In this document: positions 1 through 11,350 of the stretch, piece after piece | How the letters are laid out: every line of letters begins with the position of its first letter | Numbering within the stretch: the first letter of the stretch is position 1 | NCBI GenBank assembly: GCA_053919585.1 | Contig: CM132802.1 | DNA from: Euprymna scolopes | Lineage: Eukaryota | DNA: 64,000 bases | Strand: one strand, 5' to 3' | The notes under the pieces: model-generated | Told to the model about the DNA's origin: nothing | The model's database searches: none | What the model saw: the letters and a program-made list of their open reading frames with translations, nothing else | Translations under genes and position numbers: made by a program

Positions 1-480
1 TTTTGTGTCCATATTGATCTGGATTCCTTAAAAAAATTGTGATGACCGTTTTGCTACAATTTACTTCGTTTGCAATGGGTCTATGAGAGAGTTCAACCCT
101 ATTAAGCTCAAAGATCCTCCCTCTCTTGAACTCTGATAATGGTTTCCCTTTTGCAATTTATAATTTAGCAAGATGTTTTTTTTATCCACTAACAAGTTGC
201 TTTTTGTAACGTAGAAAGCTGTTCGTATACATTTTTTTCAAAACTAGGCGATTTTATTAAAGTGGTCTCACCATTTTGACCAGGTGAAAATGTTTTTTTG
301 TTTTGTTTTTAATAATTATTAGATCAGAGTTAAGGTTTCGAATGAAGCAGATTTCATTTTTTTCTATCATATTTTCCCTTTTGGCAATGGTTTCAAACAT
401 TTGTTTGATTAAAAATTCGATATTATGGGTAAACGCTTACATTATTAGGTGGTCTTATGATTTTGACTAGGACTGTGTGC

Positions 481-526
<46 letters not shown>

Positions 527-681
527 CATGATTAAACAATTGTTGCTGTCCATAGAATATACATGTTCTCAAGTGAAGCCAAAAAAATTAAAGTTCGTAC
601 TTAAAATAAATTGGAAATTTTAAATCAATTAGTAAACGTATTAATTCTAATTTGTGCATACATACCTATGGAAAAAAAATC

Positions 682-734
682 AATAAATTATTACACACGT
701 CTGCATATACGAAACTAAACTGATAGATTCAATG

Positions 735-800
<66 letters not shown>

Positions 801-2361
801 TGATGGGACGATTCTAATATTCTTCTAGATACCTATGCAATTACCGATTCTGTACAGATTCCGATTCTTTATAAATCTCTAAATATTTTACTATAGAGTA
901 GCTATTTCCCCCGATTTCTGTTAAAAAATGTAATTAAAAAACACTTGTTAAATATGCAGATATGTTCCTAAACGTAAAATACTCTTGTGGAAGATGGTCT
1001 GCAGATTGTAGTTTTATTGATAGTTTAAAATCAATAAATATTTTTTTATTACTTGCAATGGAAGATTTTGCTTTAAACAAAATCAAATTAAAAAAAATAA
1101 AAGAATCGTTTTGTGCATCAGAAAGTAAGCCCCAATTTTCCAATACTTCCACAGTCGATTATTCTGATTCTTCATTTCAATTAATTGTCTCACCACGCAC
1201 AAACACAAACGTATATATAAAGAATGATTAAAAAATTGCTGCTGTCCACAGAATACACCCGTCCTCAATTGAAGCAAAAAAGATGTACGTACTTAAAATA
1301 AACGTGTTGGAAATTTTAAATCAAAAGGGGAAAGGTTATGCCATAAACTTCAGCCATTCAAAATAAGGACAGAATAAAACAGAAAAGAAAGAAAGAAAAA
1401 CGAAGAAAGAAAAGTGTATTCTAGTGCAGGGGAATCGGCTTACAAGTATATACTTAAATGAAAAGGTGAGCGGGGTCAGTGACACACAGAGGAGAAGGAG
1501 AGGGGTATATAGAAATCAAAAGAACTGGGTTGAGGAAGAGTAAGGATGTCGGTGGGCGAACATAAAAAATAAGCAGATATAAAATCAGACATTCCCGTTA
1601 AGGAAGAAAAGTGAAAAATTTAAGTTATTAAACATGTAATATATGTGTAAAAAAAAAGGTTATTATAAGGGTTATGGCAACATCATATTCATTTTTATTG
1701 TTTTGACTCTCGAATATATATCCGACCCAGACAATCAACTGAGGATCACATCATTCTACATAAAAAACATAATATATCAATTGATATATATCTGAAAATC
1801 AAAACAAGGAAAAGAATATTATGTTGGTATTATCTATTTAATTTATATATGACATTAATAAATTATTACACACGTTTGCATATACGAAACTAAACTGATG
1901 AGTTAAGGGCATAATAGATTCAATGATGTATATATATATATATATTAGTGATGGGACGATCCCAATATTTTTCCAGGTACCGAGGCAATTACGGATTCCG
2001 TGCAGATTTCGATTCTTTATAAATCTCTAAATATTTTACTATAGAGTAGCTATTTTCCCCGATTTCTGTTAAAAAAAAATAATAATTAAAAAACACTTGT
2101 TAAATATGCAGATATTTTCCTAAACGTAAAATACTCTTGTGGAAGATGTTCTGTAGATTTTAGTTTTATTGATAGTTTAAAATCAATAAATATTTTTTTT
2201 TGCTATTTATTGCAATGGAAGATTTTGCTTTAAACAAAATCAAATAAAAAAAAATAGAGAATCGTTTTGTGCATCGGAAATTAAGCCTCAATTTGTTTCG
2301 TTTCCAATACTTCCACAATCGATTATTCTGATTCATCATTTCAATTAATTGTCACAACAAA

Positions 2362-2405
<44 letters not shown>

Positions 2406-3019
2406 TAGATAGAATGGTTAAAATATTGTTGTTGTCCACAGAATACACCCGTCCTCGATTGAAGTAAAAAAAGAAAATGTACGTACTTAAAATAAACACG
2501 TTAGAAATTTAAAATCAAGGGGTGGGCATGTTATGCCATAAACTCCAGCCATTCAAAATAAGGACAGAATAAAACAAAAAAGAAAGAAAAACGAAGAAAA
2601 AAAGGTGTATTCTAGTGCAGGGGAATCGGCTTACAAGCATATACTTAAATGAAAAGGTGAGCGGGTAAGTGACACACAGAGGAGAAGGAGAGGGGTATAT
2701 AGAAATCAAAAGAACTGGGTGGAGGAAGAGTAAGGATGGGCGAACATAAAAAATAAGCGAATATAAAATCAGACATGCCCGTTAAGGAAGAAAAGTGAAA
2801 AACGTGATGCTACTTAGCTATAAAACATGTAATACATATGCAAAAAAAGGTTATTATAAGGGCTTTGGGAAACATCATATTCATTTTCATTGTTTTGACT
2901 CTCGAGTATATATCCGACACAGACAATCAATTGAGAATCACATCATTCTACATACAAAAAAATAAGATATCAATTGATATATATCTGAAAATCAAAACAA
3001 GGAAAAGAATAATTTGTTG
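682..3019. repeat. Tandem duplication of a ~1.17 kb segment (about 682-1826 and 1857-3019)
   Basis: Both copies start aataaattattacacacgt(c/t)tgcatatacgaaactaaactgat and end aaaacaaggaaaagaata; they are colinear and differ mostly in (AT)n length. Confidence 0.9.
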
Positions 3020-3418
3020 CCATAGCCCTATGTATTATCCATTTAATTTAAATATAGGTTTAAATTATATTAAATTAAGTTGAGATGAAAAACTAGTTTG
3101 CATCTTATGTTTCAGTAGGCACTAATAACAGACATAATTTTTCAAAAATCGATCTATATACAGAGTGAGTGCGTGACTAAAGTGGCATCTTACACTGAAC
3201 AGTAACCATATATAAATCAGTTTAATGTTCAATCATATCCTCCTGGACGGATAATCCTGAACGTCTTTCATAATGAATTGTAGACCTAGCATTAATTATA
3301 TTTTGCACCACAATTAGAAATATAATCCCAATTTGGGGAGGTGGAAGTCAGTATGCAATGTTCATTTTTTTTCCTCTGCAAACCGCGAGAATGGAGAGCT
3401 CTGGCGGGGCCAACTTCA

Positions 3419-4061
3419 TTTTTTTTTTTTACAGTGATCATCAATTATCAAGGCCCGGAAGCCACTCAGGGATATGGGTTATTGCAAGTACATTACGTTA
3501 GTGTGGAGATTTGATGAAGTGTTTACTAAAGGGGGCGGTTCATTAGGAATTTGTTAACATTGGACTTGAAGACATCCAAGTTGTAGTCCGGTGGGAAGCA
3601 GGCAGACGGAACAGAGTTCCACAGGCGTACAGTTTTAAGAAATAAGCTTTGTTCATGGAATCCGCGTTTTGATTTAGGCACATATATAGAGTGGGGGAAA
3701 TTTTTCAAAGTGGATTCAGCTAGACGGGTCTTTTTCATGAAAGATTGGCGAGGGGGACCAGAGTTTGGAGTTCAGACGGGCACCTGCCGTGGAAATAACG
3801 ATTAAACAAAGATAGGCTCGCAACGTCTCTTCTGTGGGAAAGATGTTGCAGGGTAGAGAAAAGGGAACCCCCACTAAGCCACGAAGTCTATTTTGTACTC
3901 TGTCAAGGCATGATAGGCTGTTTTTAGCAGCTCCTGCCCAGATATGGCAACAGTATTCCATCCTTGGGCGTACTTGGCTTTTATATAGATAGAGAATTAC
4001 ATCAATAGTGAGATATCTTCTGGAGCGATAGAAGGATCCCACAATCTTTCCAGCGACCTTG
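3419..4061 (-). mobile_element. 5'-truncated CR1-group LINE 3' end (RT C-terminus, 3' UTR, poly-A), frameshifted
   Basis: ORFs 3716-4042 (LYLYKSQVRPRMEYCCHIWAGA) and 3526-3738 (FLKTVRLWNSVP...FKSNVNK); T-run at 3419-3430 is the poly-A tail. Confidence 0.85.
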
Positions 4062-5295
4062 TTTTAAGCATTCCTTATTCTTTGTCACATTTGATCATGT
4101 GAAACGTATAACTAAACGCTTTACCACTATAACTCATTCACTTTTTTCGCGATGTGATACTGCAATAGGTTCCATCTGTTAACCTACTAGTTCTAGCTGA
4201 TATCTGAGTGCATAAATGAATTTCACAACCCGTGATATCTGTTTAAGAATAAACGTTATTCTGTAAATTAAATCATCACAATACACTTATTGCACATATA
4301 GTACTACGCGACAACGACAGTATTTTGTTGCATTGAATGCAGCGGTCGTTATTATTATAAAGATTTTATGTACTTGCAGGTCTTAGCAGGTAACGATTTG
4401 GAGATTGATCCATAGTTCCAAAATTGTGATCAAACTTAGTAATATATCAATGTGAGATAGAGTTTTATATTTCAGTGAAAACAAGCAATCTACTATAGAT
4501 AGTGCTCCATACAGATATATTTCGTCGCTGTGCAATGAAATTGAGGAGTAGCGAGCAACAGAGTTTTATATCCATGTAAGATTTCTTCACGGGAGAGCTT
4601 ATCTGATCAACGTTATCATCAACATTTTTTTTAAAATTCACAATGAGAGCTAACATCGCAATGACGTTCGTCTATCTATATTTGTTTGCGTTATATGTTT
4701 TGTCATATAAAGATTATGTAAATCCTCAATAATTAATACAAAAAAATAGTAATACACAACTGCGGTTTCCTATGATAAACTTGTTTCAACATGTCAACGC
4801 AATCGGTATTTGATATTACTTTTTTTCTTAAACTTGATAAAGCTCGACTCAGACTTTTATAAAATATCAGACTACAGAAGTGGATCGGCACATTAGGTTT
4901 GGACTAAGCGAACATAGAACTGACAAAGAATTGCATGTTTGACTGCGTGCGCTGCTGTTTTGTGGTTACCCATTAGAAATATCGATAAGTTAAAAGGAGT
5001 TCTTTAATTGACGGTTACATTTAAATATACTGTTACCCAACCAGGCTACACCATAGCAACTAAATGTATGTTATACACGATTACGATATTTATTCACTCG
5101 CGGTCGGTTGGTGGTTTTGTTGTTTTTGTTTTACGGCATATCAACCCTTTTCAGGTTATTTAATGCCGAATGCAATTATTTGGGGGAAAAAATAATAGAA
5201 TATTTTTTTTCAAGTCGGTTTCTATTTAACCCATAGTTGGGACCCTAACACGTACGAATCCAGTTATTTTGAAGGAAAAATTTTATAATAGAAGA

Positions 5296-5345
<50 letters not shown>

Positions 5346-5497
5346 CCATTTTAATAGAATTTTTTTTTTCAAATCCGTTTCTATTTAAATTCTATGCATT
5401 CAAATAAGAACAACAGAAACACGAAGAAGAATAAAGGCGTATTAAAGTTCGGAACCCTAACAGGTATGAATCCAGTTATTTTGAATAAAAATAATAG

Positions 5498-5552
<55 letters not shown>

Positions 5553-5570
5553 TTTTTAAAATGTAATTAT

Positions 5571-5611
5571 CCACTGCCACGGGATTCGTCGTCTACGACT
5601 CATCAGGGTGG
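5571..5611 (-). ncRNA. Type I hammerhead ribozyme, probably inactivated
   Basis: CCACC CUGAUGA GUCG-uaga-CGAC GAAU CCCGUG GC AGUGG; GAAA>GAAU and GUC>GGC. Confidence 0.75.
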
Positions 5612-5860
5612 TTGTATTTAGCGATGTTAATGAGCCTAAACACCTACCCCTGGACCATCTCGGCAACTGTCTGGATATATCGCGATTTACGTAGATGTTG
5701 TTTTGTTTTGGTTTTAACGATATGTTTTGAATTAATTCAATTACTTTCGAAAGTGCATATTTACCTAAATGCGAATTGGGAATAATGTTTCCTTTTTAAC
5801 CAAGTTGGTACCCCCACATGGGGAGCGGTATATATATATATTAGTTTAAAATGTAATCAT

Positions 5861-5901
5861 CCACTGACACGTGTTTCGTCATCTATGACTCATCAGAGTG
5901 G
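5861..5901 (-). ncRNA. Type I minimal hammerhead ribozyme (intact)
   Basis: Minus strand CCACU CUGAUGA GUCA-uaga-UGAC GAAA CACGUG UC^ AGUGG: stem I ccacu/agugg, full core, stem II, palindromic stem III, GUC cleavage triplet. Confidence 0.9.
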
Positions 5902-6717
5902 CTGTATCTAGCGAGATTCAAAATCAGGACCCAACGGTAATGAGCCTAAACCCTTACCCCTGGACCATCTCGCCAACTGTCTGGATATATCGCAACTAAG
6001 TTGGTTTCTATTTAACCAATAGTTGGAACCCTAAGAGGTACTATCATTCCGGGTCAGAATGGATTTGAGAACAATGCTAACTAAAGGGTGGCTCTACACT
6101 CCCCGAATCCCGAAAACTGAGGCCTCACCATCGGATATAGTTTAAGGTCATATTCAGGACCAACCAGCGGTCGGAGAAATTTATTGTATTCTAGACAAAA
6201 TAAGAATACAATGCCAAGTGAACACTATTGAGTACAAAGCAGGATATAAATTAGTTTCTGCTTTAAATAAAATGAATTTAAAAAATGCTTGCGATTGAGA
6301 AACTACTCGATAAGATAAAAAGGTTATTCCACATGGAACCTAGAAATATGCAATTGTGTTATTCTAAAATGATTTAAACTCGACATTCGTAGAGAGGCTC
6401 AGACAAAGTATTATCATTCACTGCAAAACTTAGACACGATAGATAAATAGTAATCAAGAGTAATGATGTTCATTTAATAATCATAGGCTTAGACTTGATT
6501 CACATTCTTAGCATGGCACTTTGTACACGTGAATCCCATTCGAATGGAGTACTTGCCTCTTACATTAAGTGATTATCAATTAGTTTAAGGTTGTGGATAA
6601 GTCAGGGGTAATAAACGACAATACTTCAGCTAGAATGCCTTCATTCTTCGACAACACTTAACTAGGTCATTGATACTGCGGGGGGTCGCTGAAGATTGAT
6701 ATAGCTATATCATACCA

Positions 6718-6797
6718 GGTTTACGTGGACATAGGTAGGTTTAAAAAAGGGCGCCCTGGTTTACGTGGACATAGGTAGGTTAAAAAAAAGGGCGCCC
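6718..6797. repeat. Two-copy ~40 bp tandem duplication
   Basis: ggtttacgtggacataggtaggtt(t/a)aaaaaagggcgccc x2. Confidence 0.9.
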
Positions 6798-7719
6798 GTG
6801 TAATACGTACAAGAAAGGATTCATTCGGTCCCGATTACGGTGAGTTATACAAGGAAAAAAAGACAAGATAACGTCAATACTATGGCATGAGTTTATTTGA
6901 CAGACAAAGACAGGATTACACTAGAAAACTAAGAGCGTGATAATGTAGACACGATCCTAAGATTCTGTTCTATAGATCCCAGGATATAACCGAGGTTTTC
7001 TAACATATAGGTCCAGAATATTCTTTCAAACGCAGCGACGTCAATATGCATGAGAATCCCGTCGGTTATTAAATACGCATAATCCTCGCAGAATGGAAAC
7101 CACCAAAATTTCACGCGTCTGAATCTTTATGGATTTCCCAACAACGAAAACTAAATGTGCATCATGCCATGTTGCTGCACCCGTCTAATACCCGTATCAA
7201 GAAAGGTATTTATCGAATACACTTTTTTAAATGGTCAGTAGGACGTGTGCGCAATTACTTTTGTGCTAACTTGGTAAAAAGTGCAAATATTATCAAAGAT
7301 AACCAAGAATAAAATTCTGGATCCAAAGCCATTTTTCTTCGATAGAATTTATTAACTGACATGCAATCTAAGCACATGATCATATTGCATAGTTTGCTCA
7401 TTTGAGAGATGCTTTAAGCCTCTTTCATCATAGCAATAGTCGAGTGATTGATCTATAAATAGAATCTTAAAATGCGGAAAATATATTTTGATTTACAGAA
7501 TCACGTTTAAATTTAGTTTGTTTTGATTTGAAGCCATGTCATTAATTCATGTGAAAAATATAAATCCCCATAACATAAGCATAGCATAGATCATTTTTTA
7601 AGAATGTTATTCAACATAATGTAGCCTTCTTTTCACAACAAAAATTTACTCCCGAAAGGAAAAGAGACAGCATAATTGAATTAATTATATTCTTTTGTAC
7701 ATGAATCAATACTACACGA

Positions 7720-7758
7720 CCTCACCATCGGATATAATTTACGGTCATATCCAGGACC
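7720..7758 (-). mobile_element. Short fragment of SINE S1
   Basis: cctcaccatcggatataatttacggtcatatccaggacc matches 62319-62357. Confidence 0.7.
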
Positions 7759-8863
7759 ATGGAAGACAAAAACTGTGCTGAAGATCCAATTACGTGCATA
7801 GGGACTCTCGATATAAAATTTAAAATAGACACAAAAGACAACGTCTGGAAATAATCGTTTCCTCATAATTTCTTAAAATTAGTAAAACAAGGAATATAAA
7901 GAAAGATCTATTAATCTGCTGAGTGTAAGATGTTTAACCAGAGTAATAATTAACTATAAACACTTTTAAGCAACATTTTGAATACATTGAAAACGCTATG
8001 TTAAAACACTTAAATTACAATAAAAAATAGGTATCATAATCAATATGATAGTAATTCAAATGGTACTATCAGAACAAATGGTCACTTTATTAATTTAATT
8101 GTTTTACATTTAAAAAGGTCTAGTTTCTAAAGCTGAGGATGAGCTTATTGTATATAAAAAAACAATAAAATTCGCATATCACAGCAGAGTCTTCCTGCTT
8201 GTGTCACATTTTACAATAATATATTCTATTCGAGCACGAACCCTAAAAGTAAACATATTTTTCTAAACTGCACAGTTTTTTTTTTTAATCAGAGAATTCT
8301 GTCATTCATAATTATTTGTTGTCTTTGTGTAGGGCAAATTCGTCTGCCTTATTCGCCGGCGTGTCGAAATACCACGTGGCGAGATTTATTACTTAAACAC
8401 TCCAAAGCATAGTAATTTTTTTTTCTAATTTGCCTATCTGAAGCTTGTCCTGAAACCATAAAAATTCGTATTTTCATACTTGTTTTACATAAATAAGCAA
8501 TAAATAAGACGAGTATTGTTCCTAAGTACATTCTCCATTTTAAGTAACTGAAAATATTGTAAAACTCCCAGGACACTTGTGGTACTATTAAAACAAGATA
8601 TGTTTTCATTTCCAGATTTTATTTTTCTACGTGGTCATTACAATTTTCAGTGAACCCAGTAGTTGTGACGCTAAAACAATCTACGACAAACCGGTTTTCG
8701 TTTTTTGTTGCAAACCCTTACATCCAGTATGCCAGTTGTGTACAAATACCAAACATTGATAGGGGATTTCTATCATGTCTGGAAGCTACAATAGTCACCG
8801 AGCCTGAACAGAGATGCACCGCTGTACAAGGCATTCAATCTGTCGATCCAATTTATGACAAAA

Positions 8864-9443
8864 GGTACGTCCAAGGATGGAATACTGTTGCCACATCTGG
8901 GCAGGAGCTGCTAGAAAAGACTTGTCCTGCCTTGATAGAGTTCAAAATAGACTTCGTAGCCTCGTAGGCTATGTCCTTTTCCCTTCCTTGCAACCTCTAT
9001 CTCACAGAAGAGATGTTGCGAGTTTGTCTCTGATGTATCGTTATTTTCATGGAAAGTGTTCGACTGAGCTTCAATCTATGGTCCCCCCTAGCCAATCTTT
9101 CACAAGAAACACTCGTCTAGCTGTAAACACGATCAATAATTCTCGTCACTCTTTATCTGTGCCAAAACCTAAACGTAGATTCCATGAGCAAAGCTTCTTT
9201 CTTAGAACTGCACGCCTGTGGAATTGTCTTCCGTTTTCCTGCTTTCCGGCTGACTATAATATGGTTGTCTTCAAGTCTAACGTAAATAAGTACTTGATGA
9301 GCCGTTCCATATAAGTTATCAAATTTACCAAATTTTCATTACTAATGATTACTATATTGTCCAATTTCTACTGTACATTCTTTAACCCTTATCCTTGAGT
9401 GGCCTCTTGGCCTTGATAATGTGGTGATGCCTATGTAAAAAAA
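8864..9443 (+). mobile_element. 5'-truncated CR1-group LINE 3' end
   Basis: ORF 8877-9314 MEYCCHIWAGAARKDLSCLDRVQNRL...ARLWNCLP...FKSNVNK; 3' UTR ccttatccttgagtggcc...ggccttgataa plus A-tail; homologous to the copy at 3419-4061. Confidence 0.88.
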
Positions 9444-9469
9444 GAACGATTACCAGCACACTGAATATG

Positions 9470-10442
9470 ATAATCCGGAGGGTTTAACGAATGAGGCTAT
9501 ATCCCAACGAAGTTTCTGGGTAGTGTTATTGTCTTTTGTGTAGTTTCAAATAAAGGCTCAATCATGGCATTTCACATTTTCTAAGTAGGTTTTTAAGTAA
9601 GCACAAAAGTCTATCTGGATGTGATGGATAGTGTAATAAGTCCTTGGTGTAGTCAGATGGCCTCTGACAAACTCTGGGTGTGGCAACAATATTCGGCGCC
9701 GGCCCGCAAGTCCAAAGAGTCTGAGAAAGAAAAAAGGCACAATACTTAAAACGTGATTTTCAGTTTTATGTTTTGTAATTATCATCGGTAATCAAATACT
9801 CCGGAAAAATAATTATTCCTATAACTATTCTGATGCATTGATTTTGGTTTTACAAGCGTCATTTTTAGACGTATTTCCGTAATAAATGTCGAATAAGAAA
9901 ATCGGTTCCTCAACTTCGTTTCAAAGACAACTCTTTCGGTAATATTATCTCATGGTTTTCTCTTAACTGATTTATGTAACTTAACTGCCTGGTTAATTTT
10001 TCTTATATTCTTAGATTCCATTTATCTTGTTCCGTATATTAATATATATTCTCACATTGGAGTCCAAAGAGTCTCAGGCTTGGTTTAAGAAGGACTGCAA
10101 CGATTTATACCCTTCTACCACTCGCCCACTCCTTCCATGACTACACTGGACTACATTGTTTGATTATACGTCGGTCGAGAACATCATATACATGAGCTCC
10201 ACAACACCTAAACTAACCTTATTGCCGCCATCCGAGAGCTCCTGCCGGCACATGTGAAAAGGGCATATACACAGTTCCGGATCCATATCTAGTCGGTAAT
10301 TAAGCCTGAAAGTGGATGTATTGAAGAAATATTAGGTCTAGCACATAATCAAGTTGCCCAAATTGATATTTTCAATCAACGTTTTAAAATAAAGCTGTAG
10401 TATTGTTTTATTAAGAGACGACACATTTACCGTTCCACTATA
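9470..10442 (+). mobile_element. Degenerate Tc1/mariner transposase remnant, interrupted by a 338 bp insertion
   Basis: Translates WVWQQ(Y)SAPA(R)KSKES|QAWFKKDCNDFIPF...LDY, resembling the WQQDSAPAH and WPxxSPDLNPLDY motifs; boundaries approximate. Confidence 0.6.
9723..10060. repeat. 338 bp insertion with 14 bp TSD; near-identical to about 13228-13552
   Basis: agtccaaagagtct at 9709-9722 and 10061-10074; body aaggcacaatacttaaaacg...ctcacattgg is repeated at about 13228-13552. Confidence 0.85.
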
Positions 10443-10479
10443 TATATATTTCTTCTGAAGTAGAAAGTTCCTATGAAAT

Positions 10480-11169
10480 CCCTCTTGTACATGCGTGTCA
10501 ACCTCCCTCGTAACAGTCTCTTTTACTTTATCAGTTATTCTATAAGAAAGATGCTACGGTTTTCCTTGAGCTTAGGGAAAAGGAAATATCTCAGAGAGAC
10601 AGATGTGCACAAAGGGACGATGGCGATCTGTCTTGATGCTCATCTTGGTAAACGAGCATATATTTTTTGAGCACCCATGGGGCAACATTCGCGCAAATCA
10701 TCCCCATCTCCAATTCTCAGTGTACAGTTAAACACTAACAGCAAACTATTCACTTAATGCCTTTATAGATACACAGCGGTCTTTATTAATGATTTTTGTT
10801 ATTTAGCCTATAAACTCTGGTGTTCCGACATTCTTACTACTCCAACACATCTCAATCTCTCACAGATTATATGCGGTCCTTGAATCTCTTAAGCCACTCA
10901 ACATACACTCGTTTAATGCAAGATAATCCAAAGCAGTCTGAAGTAGTTTATACGTTTCTCTGCCAGTATTTACAAGTTCAAAACAATTCTATTGCATATC
11001 GTTATTCTAAAATGTCCTCACGTCCAAATTGCCTTTGTAAAATTCCACAGAGGTGACATGCGGACTTTAATAGGACGTATCCCACTAACGTACTGAACAT
11101 TCAATAGTCTACAATAATTTTAAATGCCTGTACAAAAATGTCTAAGAAAATTATTTAAAAGGCTTCGTA
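10480..11169. mobile_element. Degenerate non-autonomous mariner-like element
   Basis: Right end agtctac..caattttaaatgcctgtacaaaa...gcttcgta is shared with the element at 28336-29192; left boundary approximate. Confidence 0.45.
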
Positions 11170-11350
11170 CATTTTCAAAACTGATTAGATGTCTAACATT
11201 AAGAATTTGCCAATGATATTGTAATAACACATTATACTGCGCAGATACTATATTTAAAATCATTTGACCGACAAGGTGGTCAATCTATCTTTCTCATAGT
11301 GTTTTGCCGTATATTACAAAATAATTGTGTTCATAAATAGTTTCATTGTC

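Larger units (their letters stand above)
5555..5993 (-). mobile_element. Non-LTR retrozyme: ~290 bp tandem repeat (about 1.5 units) with type I hammerhead ribozymes
   Basis: Hammerhead cores at 5571-5611 and 5861-5901, exactly 290 bp apart; the sequence flanking each core is also repeated. Confidence 0.8.
5108..6166 (-). mobile_element. SINE family S1 copy, internally duplicated and interrupted by (AT)n and a retrozyme
   Basis: Matches copies at 22751, 24522, 54282 and 62093; direct repeat gcggtcgg at 5100-5107 and 6167-6174 (TSD). Confidence 0.75.

Noticed and set aside
6860-7130. Possible Penelope RT remnant (ITDGILM...MLEN) on the minus strand
   Set aside because: Similarity to the QxDGxxMG and YVDD motifs is too weak to support by eye
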